Positions 39,888 to 54,428 of a stretch of 64,000 nucleotides of DNA are shown piece after piece. Both the position numbers and the translations under genes were made by a program. The DNA comes from Octopus vulgaris (lineage: Eukaryota). Numbering within the stretch: the stretch's first letter is position 1; every line of letters begins with the position of its first letter. Location of the stretch: the NCBI GenBank assembly GCA_951406725.2, contig OX597820.1, positions 103,974,001 to 104,038,000 of the forward strand, written 5' to 3'. Below the pieces are notes generated by a model that saw nothing but the letters and a program-made list of their open reading frames with translations, ran no database searches and was not told the origin of the DNA.

Positions 39888-41175
39888 ATGTTCACACGTG
39901 CGCGTGACAGTGTGCGTGTGCACATGTGTGCCTACGTCTGTGAGATGAGTGGGTGTGTGTACCTGTCGCCGATCTTTATCAGCGAAAGACTTCAACATCG
40001 ACGAGAAAACCGAAAAACGATGCTTCGTGATCGACGTCCCTTAAAATATTTGTTCTGCATCAATTCCATTACATATTGGATGGTTGGGGACACAACAGTA
40101 GACATCCATTTCGTGTGGACGTATCTACGTCAAATTAATTCTTTTCGACTCAATAACAACGTTTGTAGGAGGTTTTGAATTCCACATTTTGCAAAATGCC
40201 AAAGAAAAAAAAAGAAAAAAAGGAAACCATTCAGCCATTATCCAATATAACCTTGCTGTTTATGATTACTACATATGGTTCCTATGGTTCCTATATACAG
40301 AAAACAGAGAGGATCATTTTTGTGACTTGGCCACGAACACAGCGCGGTACCTTCCTTGTAATACTAACCATTTTTATTGTGATATTAAATATCTACTTTT
40401 ATCTCGTCGGCCTATTGTATTTCTTTTAAATACGTCTTAAATAAGAGTTGTATATCAAATAAAATTTGCAAGTGAAAACGGATCGGAGAAACGTATACAC
40501 TCATATATCATATCCTTGTAAATATTCCCCACACCATACAATTAGTCAATATCCGGAAAGAGATTAGATTGGATCGGTTTCCGCATTGGATCGGTTTCTC
40601 AGTTTTTACTGAGTCCGGTATTTCTATAGGCGTTTCATTGTTCATATGGTTTGCATAGTGACGCCTTGTTCTTTTTTTTTTCTGATACCAAATAGTATTG
40701 TATATCAAAAGCAATAACATATTTGTTACTGCAGGTATTTTTAATGTGCATTTGTGTGTGTGCATGTGAGTGCTCTCCTTTACGTTGTTGAATGCTACAC
40801 GGTCTCGAACTCAATTTTATCAGTTAGCAAACATTAATACTACAGTCTCCTTTTTCCGGATGTGCTAAGAGAAATGCCAGAATGATCGTCTACGAGCCTG
40901 GCAATATTTGCGCATGCGTTGCCCAATTTTCGTCTTCTATCGCTTCCCCCAGTGAAATATAAACGAGTCATAAGTGGGAAAATTTAATTTCGTTCTTTTA
41001 ATGTAATTTCGTTTCAAAACTAAGCAGTCGCAAGAGTCTATATTTTCTCTCTCTCTCTCTCCGAAAAAACTGGGCATTAACTAAAAAAATCAGTTCAGCA
41101 GCATATTGGTCCAACTTCTATATTCTGTTTAAGCATGTATACATACATACATACATACATACATACATACATACA

Positions 41176-41206
<31 letters not shown>

Positions 41207-41249
41207 TTAAGATTTTGTACTTCCATGAAGATACTAGTTCGGAGTTTCG

Positions 41250-42010
41250 GTTCAGAATTTGATTCATAAATGTTAGAATGTGGTAGGATTCATTAGTACA
41301 AGATTGGCAGGGTTTGTTATCTTGGTATGGTTGTACGTGAGAAAGTATTTTCTAATTGAGGCTAAGCGCTGTATTTTTTAAATTTAAGTGCTATATATGT
41401 TTGAATGGTAACGCATTATTTTTTTTGTATTTTGGGGGTTGCAAAAAGTGGCGGTGTATTGGTTCAATCGTATTTTGAACTAGTTCTCTGTAGAACATAT
41501 ATATGCAGATAAAGTACTTGGTGACGTGTTCGTGGTTACTGTTGGCCTCAATTAGAAAATACTTTCTCACGTACAACCATACCAAGATAACAAACCCTGC
41601 CAATTTTGTACTAATGAACCCTACCACATTCTAATATTTATGAATCAAATATACGATATTTCTTGACAAACAGTTTCTTTCTAGAGGGCAGTAAGGTGTT
41701 CTACAACTGCAATTGTTATTATATGTGTGGTCCAAGTTTTCACTTTTAGATCATTTTTGATGGTTTTAATTGGCTGCAGTTTTTTTTAAGTTGTTGCTAG
41801 TGGAGTATGACTATTTTTCGTTACGCTTATTTATTAGTTTGTAGTACTTATGGTTGGGGTGCAAGTGTTTTTAAAGTATTTTGAAAAATAATTTAGCAGT
41901 TAGTATGTTGGAGGGGAGATTAAACCAGATGATTTTCTTTTTTCTATTATGTATTTTATTGTGTAATGTTTGTTGTTTATATATTGCATATTTTCCTTAA
42001 AAGCGCTGAG
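41250..42010 (-). pseudogene. Decayed PLE (Nematis-like) C-terminal region with an internal inverted segment
   Basis: RKKKIIWFNLP...KHLHPNHKYYK, CSCRTPYCPL..NCL..NIVY, YICSTEN*FKIR, and N*KIL....PY....C..C..E motifs. Confidence 0.75.
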
Positions 42011-42196
42011 AGCTTCGTTGTTGTTATTTCGTTCAGTAATTTTTCAATTGAAGATACATATATATCTTCAATTGAAATATATATATATATATATATAACA
42101 ACGTTATAATTTTCCACATGAGACGAGTAGGAATATAGAAAAAAGATGTTGAAAATGCACTGGGATTCGTTTAGATTTTTTTATATAACTTTAAAG

Positions 42197-42236
42197 ACTT
42201 AACCGATTTCAATAGACTTCTTTGATTTTCAAAAGT
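42197..42236 (-). ncRNA. Minimal hammerhead with U3-A8 core
   Basis: ACTT-TTGAAAA-(imperfect stem II)-GAAA-TCGG-TT-AAGT. Upstream are CCAAT and E-box-containing tandem repeats (42280-42660). Confidence 0.65.
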
Positions 42237-44752
42237 TGAGATAGAAAGACGTGGAGCTATGCTGCAACAGATTTGCTTCTGATTGGAATTTAAGATTTGT
42301 CTTGTATTTTTTATAGAGAGAACATAGTTCAGATTAGTATCTGCTTTGGATATGTTTTGATCGGTAGAGGCTGATCACGTGGTCAGGTTTATAAATTTTT
42401 GTAAGTTCTCTGCTACGTTCGTTCTTTAATGTTATGTGACAATATGTTTGGCACCGTTGGTACAATCTGTCACGGTTGAGTAAACACGTCTAGTAACAAT
42501 CTCAAACAATCAAGGCTTCCTGAATTTTGTCTGTCAAATGTAGTAGAGGAAGATCATGTGATCATTAATCATAGAAATTTTTATAGGTTTTCCACTATGT
42601 TCGTGCGTTAATGTCATGTGACAAAGTTTTTTTTGTGCCAAAAATTAAGGCTGACACGGTTAAGTGAAATTTTAGGACTGTCGCTAGGCATGTTCGCGCA
42701 CGCATACACACACACACGACAACTTTCCAAACAATTTCTGTTCTCTATATTCACTTTCAAAGCTTTGGTCAACCTGGTGCTTTAGTAGAAAACACTTGCC
42801 CAAAGTGCCACGCAATGGGATTGAACCCGAAACCATGTAGTTGCGAAAGAATTTTTTTAGCCACCTGTGTACCAATAGGAAGATTAAACTTGATACCCAG
42901 TTTTATCCTCCCTCTTAGCTATGTAGGAACCGCTGATCTATGATACCCAGATGCAGTTGTTATAATGATGAACAACTTTCATCTTTATGTCATTGCACTA
43001 ACCTGTTTGAAGGGGAAAAAAATTAAGCACGTTTTAGTTGGTGAGGTGACATGCATGATAAAGTAACGAATTTAATGAATTTCATTGAGTAGTTATTACA
43101 TACCACTGTATTACTGCCAAAATATTTTATCAACTCCTCTAGAAAAACATTTTCCCCCTTTTTTAGTTAAGAGCTAAACACTCAGCATTTATGGTGATAC
43201 GATTACCCGTATTTTTGTATCTTCGCTGATGCTTTCTCGAAATAGTCTTCTGACAATGCAATCACGGGCATCGAAAAAGTCGGGCGAAAGTCATGGCACA
43301 TCAGGGAGAGCTGAAGTTAAAGTACAATTTCCTGAGAGGAGCGACCTCTTTGAAGTCTTTTTTTGTATTACCTCTACACTCATTTTTGACAATGAGAGTA
43401 TTGTGTATTATTTGACAATGTGAATTGTTTGAAGTGCTGCTACTTGTGAGATTGCTTTATACAATATGCAACGACTGCAGCAGATGGCTTTCGCAACTGA
43501 ATTGATAGCACTTGTCTGAAATCCTACTCCCCAAGGGATATTATCTTACTGCAAAATGCATCATTATCTCCCATGATGTCTCTCTAGCAGCTGTTTATTT
43601 CACAAAAAAATAGGTTATCATAGACGCTTTATTGATAATAACAATTTCAGTGTCTCTCAATACTTAGTATTACTCTATATATAGTGTATTAAGGCAATGC
43701 ACTATATATGCTTGTTTCAGTTAAGAGAACTAGTAGCGAGAGAACACTGAAGAGTTTTCCCTAAAGTAAGGGGGGTAACAACTGTTCCACTGTGTTGCGT
43801 AGGATATCGTAATATAGGAGTCATTGCTTGGGACATATGTGACGAAGTAAGCTGTATCTACTCGTGACCTTCTCGAAACTCTACGGTCAAGAGATGAGTG
43901 CACATCTTGTCGACAGGAAGTGTTGGTTGGAGATGGTTTTCACCTCTAAATATTGTTGGTTCCACCCCAATATGATATGGCCATCCCCGATTATTTCTCA
44001 GACAGGGTATGATTCACATGTCGGTTACACAGGTGGAGCAAGACAAAAGATTCAAATATTAGATGACAGGCAGCATAAACTAGACGATGCGGCAAAAGCC
44101 ATGAAAAAAGAAACTGTGTACCGTATAATTGGAAGAGAAGCCACTAATATCACAATAATACCAACTGTCACTCTGAAGATGAATAGATTAGAAGCAAAGT
44201 CAAATGTAATAACCTCAGCTTCGGCCCCACGTGGGACCAGTAGGGAAAAATACTGAATGACCGAAGGAACTTCTCCAGTTCAGAATCGTCCAGAAGCTCC
44301 GAACAGCTGTTCCGCTCATCGTATTCAGTGATTATTATTATGAATGAATCTGGGACGAGATTTATGCTGAGAATAAGTATGGTCCTATAAAGGAATAAGT
44401 CTCCTTGCGGAGTCGGAGATTCACGGTTGTCCAAACTAGGAACGAGAAGTTGATGGAATTTTTGAATGAACTGAAGGGGATAATAAGAATACTGAGCTGA
44501 GTAAGGAGGATATGGAGCACTAGCGTAGCTAGAGTGTGCGCCGACCGGTTGGGCCATTCCGCTTACCACCCCCGGACCCCACCAAAAACACATATTGCCA
44601 ACAGCAGACCCTAAAATCGTTTTACCATTCCAGCTGGAGATACGACAGTTAGACAAAAAGCATCAGCTATTGCAAGCAAAAATAAATATTTTAAAAATGC
44701 ATTTGACCAAATTTGGACATAGGACGGCCGATGACGAATGTATGTGTGCATG

Positions 44753-44797
<45 letters not shown>

Positions 44798-44835
44798 GTA
44801 TATATAATGTGTGCGTCTATGTGTGTGCGTGTGTG

Positions 44836-44867
<32 letters not shown>

Positions 44868-45383
44868 GAGTTAGGTGTGTATGTAGACGTGTACATACAC
44901 ACAGGCATACACACAAACGCACACAGTGCTCTCCCACTAATTCGTCATCGGCCACTTATATTTCGTCATTGTGGGATGGACCGAATTCATTTAAGAACAT
45001 TAACATCAGTGATTACGTTTATGAATTTTTGTTGGAAGATTCCTCATGTAAAACTGAGTTGAAGCAGGTATTGTTACATTTCGGGATGGTCATTTTTTTT
45101 TTTTCTTATTGACCAGTTTGAAATATTTTCAAGAGAAAGTTTACGATTCTGGTTGTGAATAAAGAAGACTGTGGGAACAAATTTAGTAATTTTTGGCAAA
45201 AAATGTACCCTTTTGCCAAGATATAACAAGTTAGTGAAATATTTAAAATGTTTACAGTTGGATAGATAGACAAATATAACAAAATAATTTTGACAAAAAA
45301 TGTGAATTTTTAATTATTTTCTGAGATTTTACAAAAACAACAAAAATATCATTAAAAAAAAATATTTTTTAATTTTTCAAGCT

Positions 45384-45695
45384 GGTAAATAAACACACGT
45401 ACTGTATATTCGTTCTTCACTCGTTTATTACTGTTCTTATTTTATCTTATGTCCCTTGTCTGGAAATCTTTCCTCACACATCTGTTACCTCCTCAGCGAT
45501 TCTTTCCACCCACGTGTATCCTCCTGCTTCGTTTAGTCCAATCGATGATGAAGGAGGATACACGTAGATAGAAATGTTCGCTGAAGAGGTCACAGATGTG
45601 CAACGAAAGACTTCCAGACAATGGACATAAGATAAAGTAAGAACAGAAATAAACGAATGAAGAACTAATATATAGTGCGTGTGTTTATTTGGCAA
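45384..45695. repeat. Diverged fold-back element with two hammerhead cores
   Basis: Plus strand CTGAAGA at 45581...GAAAGACTTC at 45605; minus arm CTGAGGA...GAAAGATTTC. The tail is related to the 14.7-14.85 kb family. Confidence 0.75.
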
Positions 45696-45878
45696 AAAAA
45701 CAAAAAAATTACCATCCTGAAATATAGCAGCATCAGTGATCATCTGCCACAAAATTATAAAAGAATGCAAACATAAAAGGTTTTTGAATAAACATTGAAA
45801 ATTTTATATGATAAAAATTCTGACATTATTTACATTATTTACATTTGATGGTTATTTGTCCTCATCTTGTTTCTTGTT

Positions 45879-45924
45879 AACACAAAGTTTCGGCTGTTAT
45901 ACCCTCCAGCCTCCATCAGGTGTC
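45879..45924 (-). ncRNA. Hammerhead copy of the 35.8 kb family (A9G)
   Basis: GACAC-CTGATGG-a-GGCTG/CAGCC-GAAA-CTTT-GTGTT. An inverted, decayed partner lies at 46195-46234. Confidence 0.75.
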
Positions 45925-45991
45925 TTGAGGAAATCTCGAACTTGGGTTCTCATTACTAAGGTATTTTTCGATGCTATTATTGTTGTTGTTG

Positions 45992-46093
<102 letters not shown>

Positions 46094-46326
46094 ATTAATC
46101 AGTGACCTGAATGATAATAATAACAACAACAATAACAATAATAATAATAATAATAATAATAACATCGAAAAATACCTTAGGAATGGGAACCCAAGACACC
46201 TAATGAAGACTTTATCAGCCGAAACTTTGTATTAACAACAAACAAGATGAGGACAAATGTCCGCCAAATGTAAATAATATACATATTAAATATAGAACTG
46301 AAAAATTCTGACATCTTTCATTAGTT

Positions 46327-46420
<94 letters not shown>

Positions 46421-46423
<3 letters not shown>

Positions 46424-46570
46424 CAAAACAGTTTGATTCATATTCGTTGGTACTCTTGAGTTTCATGTGTGATGCTAGTCGTCAGTCATTTCAAATTCAA
46501 AATGGCTGATGACTAGCATCAGGCTTGAAATTCAAGAGTACCAACGAATTTGAATCAAACTATTCTGATC
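46421..46570. repeat. Fold-back element with two hammerheads beside (AGAT)n
   Basis: Plus: TGG-CTGATGA(46506)-cTAGC..GCTT-GAAA-TTCaaGAG-TA-CCA. Minus: CTGACGA...GAAACTCaaGAGTA. Confidence 0.8.
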
Positions 46571-47549
46571 TATACATGTAACTCCCAATAAATTCTATTT
46601 GTTTCAGTCGTTTGACTGCGGCCATGCTGGAGCGCCGCCCAGAAGGGTTTTAGTCGAACAAATCGATCCCAGGACTTACTTCTTAAGTATAGCTTGCTAA
46701 ACAAAAGTTCATTTGGGGCAGGGAGGTCAAGAAATCTAATGCTATATAATTACGTTGGTAATTCTACTATATAGGCTAAGGTAGGATGTGAAGAGAGAGG
46801 ATGGTGGCCCTAAGATTAGTGAAAAAAAAAAGGCTAGCGGATTACATTATACTTTTAAAATATTTTGTATTACTATTATTAAGAGTTTCAGCGTTGATAT
46901 TACATTCATCCATAAGATTATCGCATATGATGCTATTAATGTCTATACGGGTACTATAGCTGCTATCAGAAGTTGTGTTTATGTTGTTAGGGTTGTTATA
47001 CTCATTTGCTATATTAGGCTCATCAACCCGCACATTATGATTAACATCGTTGGGGATTATGCAGCAAGAGTTTACAGACTGTGGGTCAGGGGGTGATGCC
47101 ATATTGACCATAATTATTCAACTTAGAGTTGGTATTTGACTTATACGGTGTACGTTTATTTATGTTATTACCATAATTGTTAATATTACTGATACAGTTC
47201 GTGTTGTTATTGTCTATATCCAGCTCCGCTTTGATGGAACAATTATTAGCCATTATTTTTTCTCTATTCATTTATGCTTACTACTTAGACTAGAGATTTT
47301 ATTCAGCCTGCTAAGATTACTTTTACTAGACTGGAGGATTAGGTTATTATTTACATTAATCCTGTACCGGTTATTATCAAATCTATACGATTTGAGTCAT
47401 TGCGGTGGTCAATATCCCAAGAATCTAGTGTTACTTTGTCTCTCGATTTTACCTCACTAATCTATGTCTCATTTATTGCTATAGGTATTCTTGTAGTCTA
47501 AGTTCCCAAGTTCAATGTATGTATGTATGTATGTATGTATGTATGTATG

Positions 47550-47578
<29 letters not shown>

Positions 47579-47581
<3 letters not shown>

Positions 47582-47982
47582 AACAAAACCCGTCAAAAGG
47601 CGGATGAACTCTTGAGAGTCAACGGCCATCCAATAAATGTCTTAAGGCGGGGACATAGAAATAATCGGACTGAATACCCGATCGCGCGGTTAAACCATTG
47701 GGAAGTAAAGGACTCCTAGCCTTTGTTAGGGCATCCTTCTAGAAGAAGGTAACTCAGGTAACTGGGATAACTCCGACAAAAAACCTACGGCTCAGTGGTT
47801 ACCGATGATGTTGACTTGTTCTTCTTTTCGGATTATGGCTGCTGTTGCTTAGTGAGTGGGATTGACTCAGTGCACAGCCTTTCCTTACTTTAAAAAAATC
47901 TTCTTGCACAGGCATTGCACGATAACAACATTGATTAAGCTTCGCGCAATGGCCATACTCGATAACGAGAGGGCAGCCACCA
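47579..47982 (+). mobile_element. Non-autonomous RTE-derived element in (ATGT)n
   Basis: The 3' ~50 nt (TTAAGCTTCG.GCAATG.CCATACTCGATAACGAG.GGGCAGCCA) match the RTE 3' end at 26965-27012. Confidence 0.75.
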
Positions 47983-48792
47983 TGTATGTATGTATGTATG
48001 TATGTATGTATGTATGTATGTATGTATGTATGTATGTATGTATGCATGTATGTATGTATGTATGTATGTATGTATGTATGTATGTATGTATGCAGATATG
48101 CATGTATGTATGTATGTATGTATGTATGTATGTATGTATGTATGTATGTATGTATGTATGTATGTATGTATGTATGTATGTATGTATATGGATAAATGGA
48201 TGGATGTATATGTATATGTTTATAAATATGCGAGCCAATAAGACAGGTTTCAAATGGGGCCTGAGACTATCGGCCCACCTTGATGAATAGATTAAAAAAA
48301 AAGAAAGGAGAAGTGTACAGCCAGTTCAAATTTTTAGAAAGTATTTAGCCCCACCCCACCCCCGACAGGGAAGCATGAAAACAACCTTGCCCACCTTGCC
48401 AAATTTGTTTTTGAAAGTCCGGTATACATGTGGATGTGTGTGTGTGTTCTGGCGCCGCTGGTGGGAAGTTTAATTTCCGTGTCCTTAGAAATATCATATT
48501 TTGGATGTTACTAACAATAAATATGGTAAACATGAGAAATAAAGCCTTTGTTAGAGTTTTACACGTTCACATCTTCTAAGTATTTGCGACACGATATGGC
48601 GTCACCCAAGCACCAGGTGCCCCAGGTGACTGCACGAGAACTTGATAACTTCGTCCGAGAGAGAGTGAGAGAGAGAGAGAGAGGGAGAAAGGGCGTATGC
48701 GTGTGTGTGCGCGCGTGTATATATTGACATGAAGTTGAATATATATGTCCGGTAAGATAGTGAAAAACGGTTTTGCAGCCATAAAACACACA

Positions 48793-48859
<67 letters not shown>

Positions 48860-51050
48860 TGTGTGTGATAGTTGCTTGCATACTCGAGTATGATAAAATA
48901 TATTCATTATCACTAGGGCATTATTAATATCGGAATATAATATTTATCCCCACTTAAATGTGGGGATATAAATTCTTGTTTATATCGCTAGCAGTATTAA
49001 TACTCTCTCTGTCGCTAATAAATAGTTTTCAACAAGCTCACTTGGCTAATTGCTATACCAGCGCCTGTTTTAACACTTCTTCTATATAGCGGGGAGATGA
49101 ATCGCTGCTATCTCTTACGGTTGAGCACCCAGCATTGACGAGAACAAGGTGGGTCGAAATAACGTGACCAGTGCACAGTGAGGGCTGTCATACACCGAAA
49201 TAGACTTTGCAACACACCAGTGGATCGCGGGGGATGTCGTTCTCCAAGATAGTCCTTGCGGCACAGCAAAGGATGAAAGGCAAAGTCGACCTCGCCGGAA
49301 TTTGAACTTAGAACTGGAAAACAGATGAAACATCGCTAAGCATTTTACCCGGCGCGCTAACGACTCTGCCAGCGCGCCACCTTGGAAATGAGAAATATTG
49401 GTTTCAAATTTTGACACAAACCCAACAATTTCGGGGTAAGGGTAAGTTGATTATATCGACACGAGTGCTCAACTGTTACTTATTTTGTTGGCCAAATCGC
49501 TCTAACACTGGATAAACAGTCACAAGGTCGACAGTTCATATTCTTTTACTGGCTTTGTTTTGCATCTGTGATAAAATATTCGGATTTTTCTCCGTTCAGA
49601 GTTTAAGTCATGCGGGAAAATTCTGCGTCATTAATTTTCCCTTGGTCTCCGTAACTACTGGTATGAAGGGAGAGAGAGTTATCTTCAGACCGAAGATTTG
49701 GCCTCAATGCTTGCTACAGAGTGGATACTGCTAAAAGTAACCAATGACCAGTTAGTATAGTGAAAGCAAGGAATGGATTGATCTGCCATCCCGAAATCGT
49801 TCATAAGCCGTCTACCAAATTTTACTCACTTGACTTCGGTTAACTCGATAATTGGGTAGAAGAGGCTGACCCAAGGTGCTGCACAGCAGAATAGAGCCCG
49901 AAAACATGTAGTCGCCAAGTGGCCTTCATAACCACACAATTGAAACAACGAATCATCATACGCTGTTCATAGTCTGCTGTAGTATAATGAGGTGATCAGC
50001 AGGTATTTATTTTATCGACCCTGAAAGGATGAAAGGATGAAAGACAAAGTCGGCCTCGGGGTCGATTAAATAAGTACCAGTTACGCAGTGGGGTCGATAT
50101 AATCGACTTAATCCGTTTGTTTGTCCTTGTTTGTCCTCTCTGTGTTTAGCCCCTTGTGGGTAGTAAAGAAATAGGTATTTCGTCTGTCTTTACGTTCCGA
50201 GTTCAAATTCCGCCGAGGTCGACTTTGCCCTTCATCCTTTCAGGGTCAATAAATTTAAGTACCAGTTGCGTACTGGGGTCGATCTAATCGTCTGGCTCCT
50301 TCCCCACAAATTTCGGCCCTTGTGCCTAGAAAAGAAAAGAAAAGCGAGGATAAAACTATGCGTAGAATTACCACTAGTTGATGATAAATATTCTCTGAAA
50401 CATTCCTGTTATATATAGACTTCCTAAAGTATGATGCTGTTTACAAATTGTCAGGTAAGAGTTTGACCAAACCAAGGCGATCCAGTTCTTTACCTCAACA
50501 TCACCTGTGCATATATTTACTTTACCGAAGCAGGAGTGACGAATTAAAACATGCGTAGAACTTGGCTGTTTAATCATTTTATAAAAGAAGAGGACAAAGA
50601 AACAAAGTTTCTCTATGCATATATATGTGTGTATGTGAGCGTGTGTTTGTGCGTCTGTGTGTGTGCGTGTATGTGTGTGAGCGTGCTTGTGCGCGATGGT
50701 GGTGGTGGTGGTGGTAATAGGGATGATGATGATGTGTGTGCGCGTGTGTGCTAATTTGCGTAATTTGAGAACCAATGTAAATGCAGAATGTTCATATGCG
50801 AAAGTAGTTGCTTCTGGTATTTTTACGTGTACACTTGGAAGAGCCATTTTCTGACAGCATACAATCAGCCGTTCGGTCATTCTTAACATTGGACAGCTTG
50901 AAAAAGGTAATGTTTCTTTTGTCTTTGAGTCAACCATTACAACAGCCTGTTGCATATCAGAATGCGTTTGCATGTACAATGTATGTACGCATGTATTATG
51001 CGTGTGCGTATGCATGCACACATGTTTGTATGTATGTATATGTATATATA

Positions 51051-51106
<56 letters not shown>

Positions 51107-51142
51107 GATTTGGTAGACGGAAACTGAAAGAAGCCCGTCGTA

Positions 51143-51196
<54 letters not shown>

Positions 51197-51418
51197 TGTG
51201 TGTGTTTGTGTGTCTGTGTTTGTCCCCCTAGCATTGATTGACAACCGATGCTGGTGTGTTTATGTCCCCGTTACTTAGTGGTTCGGCAAAAGAGACCGAT
51301 AGAATAAGTACTGGGCTTACAAAACAAAGAATAAGTCCCGGGGTCGAGTTGCTCGATTAAAGGCGGTGCTTCAGCATGGCCGCAGTCAAATGACTGAAAC
51401 AAGTAAAAGAGTAAAAGA

Positions 51419-51484
<66 letters not shown>

Positions 51485-51733
51485 ATGCGCCCTTTTTAAA
51501 GCCTAGCCAGGCTCATGGGCCCGGTTTCCCGGTTTCTATGGCGTATGTGTTCCCCAGCTGGACGGGACGCCAGTCCATCGCAGCGTTACTCATTTTTGCC
51601 AGCTGAGTGGACTGGAGCAACGTGAAATGAAGTGTTTTGCTCAAGAACACAACGCGTCGCCCGATCCAGGAATCGAAACTACAATCTTACGATCATGGTG
51701 CTGACACCCTAACCACTGAGACACGCGCCTCCA

Positions 51734-51842
<109 letters not shown>

Positions 51843-52181
51843 ATGTATGTATGTATGTATGTATCTCGTTGCTATTATGCTAAAGTGTCGTGAGTCCAAA
51901 ACCTTGCTTTTTTCAGGAAATGAAAAAATCGTTTCACCATTTCATAGCAAAATCGTTGTACTACACTTTTGACTATTATTGATATCTTAGCATCTGAGGC
52001 AGCTGGAGGTACGAAAGTTTGACCAAAAGAACCGGGTATTGCAAGCAAAAATAAATGCTGGAAAAACAAGAACAAACACATCGGGCCAAATTTGGACATA
52101 CGACAGTTTAACATAATAGCAACGATAAATGTGTGTGTGTGTGTATACGTGTATGTATGTTTGTATGTATGTATGTATATG

Positions 52182-52258
<77 letters not shown>

Positions 52259-52873
52259 ATATTTTATAAAGAAAGAATATATGCATGTGTAGAGGGATAT
52301 TTACGCATATGTATGTATAAAAGGATGTATGCATGTTCGTATATATGCGTAGAAGGATACATGATCCGTTTTCTATGTGCAGAATGATGATTTTATGAAT
52401 ATAAAATCTATGTAAAAGAAAAAATGTAAGTTAAAAAGATGCGGGAATCTTAAATTTCTTCCTATCATTTGAAGTAATTAAAATTTTCATCAGGTAATTT
52501 TTTTAAAAAAATAATAATTCTGCTTGCTGATAAGGAAAATTGCATTCATTTTTCAAAAAATTAATTTTAAGACGTTAAAGTGTCGAAATGCTGAGAATAA
52601 TCTGACGAAAATTATAACCGCTTTAGTGGTTTAATAAAATTTAACAAGATCCAGATGCTGCAAAAGAAGGCATAATGTCGCTTATGCTCCTGAATAATAT
52701 TCTGAAAGAGTTCTTTTTATTTGTTTATTTACGGAACATAACTCATGAAATAATTAGCAAGTTATTATGAACAAAAGATTTATCAACTTTCGTCTTTTAT
52801 TCCAACCATTACACTGCGTCCATGCTGGAACACCGCCTTGAAGAATTTTTAGCCGCATAAATCGACGCCAGTA

Positions 52874-52915
<42 letters not shown>

Positions 52916-53118
52916 TCTGGTACTCATTCTAACCGTCTTTTTTGCCGAACCGTTAAGTTACAGGAATGTAAACACGCCAACACCGGTTGTCAAGCGATGG
53001 CGGAGTAACAAACGCACACAGCCACACCTATAATTAAGAAACAGTGGCGATTACATAGATTAAGACAATCAAATTTCGTTTAAGTGGAAACTTTCAAAGC
53101 GCAGATTTCTGCTGATTA

Positions 53119-53640
53119 TCTATATATATAAAACTGTAGTTGTGTGAGTGTCTGTCTCCTACGATTTAGATTCCTAACTACTCCCACATTTTGCGGTGCA
53201 GTTTAACCAAATTCGGGTATCTTATAGTCGTGATTCATATCGAGCCCGTCTGGCTATTAGCGCGCGTCTACGATGAGTCTACGATTTTAAAAATAATTTA
53301 ACATCATTTTTTTCCATTTTAACACATATCTTTTCGTGTGTCGATGGCGGCGGAGTTGGCGTCCATAGTCACACCTGCACCTGTGTTGCTTCTCCCCCTT
53401 CTTCCCTCCCTCGTGAAGCTGTGGGGAAGGGAGTGTAAGGAAATCAACGTCGTAAAGCATTGTCAAGGAGACCAGCGTTCTTTTAGAACAACGACTTCAT
53501 GGCTTGAAGACACCAAAATTACCATCATTTTTTATTCCATTTTTAATGCATTTTTTTGCTATTTTTTGCTATAACTCACTAAAAATGCTTATATAGTTAT
53601 TTCCCTTACAAACCCGAGCAACGCCGGGCGATACTGCTAG
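53119..53640 (+). mobile_element. Non-autonomous Helitron
   Basis: 5' TC, 3' CTAG, subterminal CCCG/CGGG hairpin and A|T insertion site. A second copy lies at 58150-58530. Confidence 0.88.
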
Positions 53641-54233
53641 TATATATATATATATATAAGTCTGGTACTCATTCTAACGGTCTTTTTTGCCGAACCGTTA
53701 AGTTACAGGAATGTAAACACGCCAACACCGGTTGTCAAGCGGTGGCGAAGTAACAAACGCACACAGCCACACCTATAATTAAGAAACAGTGGCGATTCCA
53801 TAGGTTAAGACAATCAAATAAAGAATATAAAAGCGTTTGTATCGTCAAATTTCGTTCCAGTGGAAACTTTCAAAGCGCAGATTTCCGCTGATTATTATTT
53901 ATATATCTCTTTCATCTAGTTTCTATTCTCAAAAATATTTGACATACATTTCTTTATTATTATTGCCTCTTGACGCGCTTCTCTTTTCAGTTGAATGTTG
54001 GCTTGAGAGCATGATTTTCTCGGAAATACATTGTTATAACACTCTAAAATATGTCTGATGATCGTAGTGGCCGTTCAACTAGCTCTCGTTCTCTACCCAT
54101 GGAGCAATTCTTTGTCAAAAAACCCACGCACTGTTGCCGTATAACGGCTGGGTGCGCAAATTTAGTTATCATAGATCTACCTTTGTACTCACAAATAATG
54201 TATAACACTACTACTAATCGTCTCTAATATGGT

Positions 54234-54341
54234 GTCAAAATTTTCGTCGCTTGAACTTGCGACTTGATCACTGACAAATTTGAGACGCGGTACAAATTTG
54301 TCAGTGACCAGATCGCAGTTTCGAGTGACGAAAAATGTGAC
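54234..54341. repeat. Palindromic MITE-like hairpin
   Basis: TCACTGACAAATTTG/CAAATTTGTCAGTGA core, extending imperfectly to ~50 bp arms. Confidence 0.7.
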
Positions 54342-54428
54342 TACTATTAATATGTATATTGCGATTTCGCTTAGGCTTTGCGAAACTAATAACCAATTGT
54401 TAGATCCAGTATACTTACCCTTTAGAGT

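Noticed and set aside
44168-44656. 162 aa minus-strand ORF
   Set aside because: It has no recognisable domain and spans apparent repeat boundaries.
46842-47271. Asn-rich overlapping ORFs
   Set aside because: They are low complexity and frameshifted, with no clear splice sites or domain.
50400-50910. Possible exons ending in CAG|GTAAGA and AAG|GTAATG
   Set aside because: There is no convincing open frame or acceptor, so they cannot be supported without transcripts.
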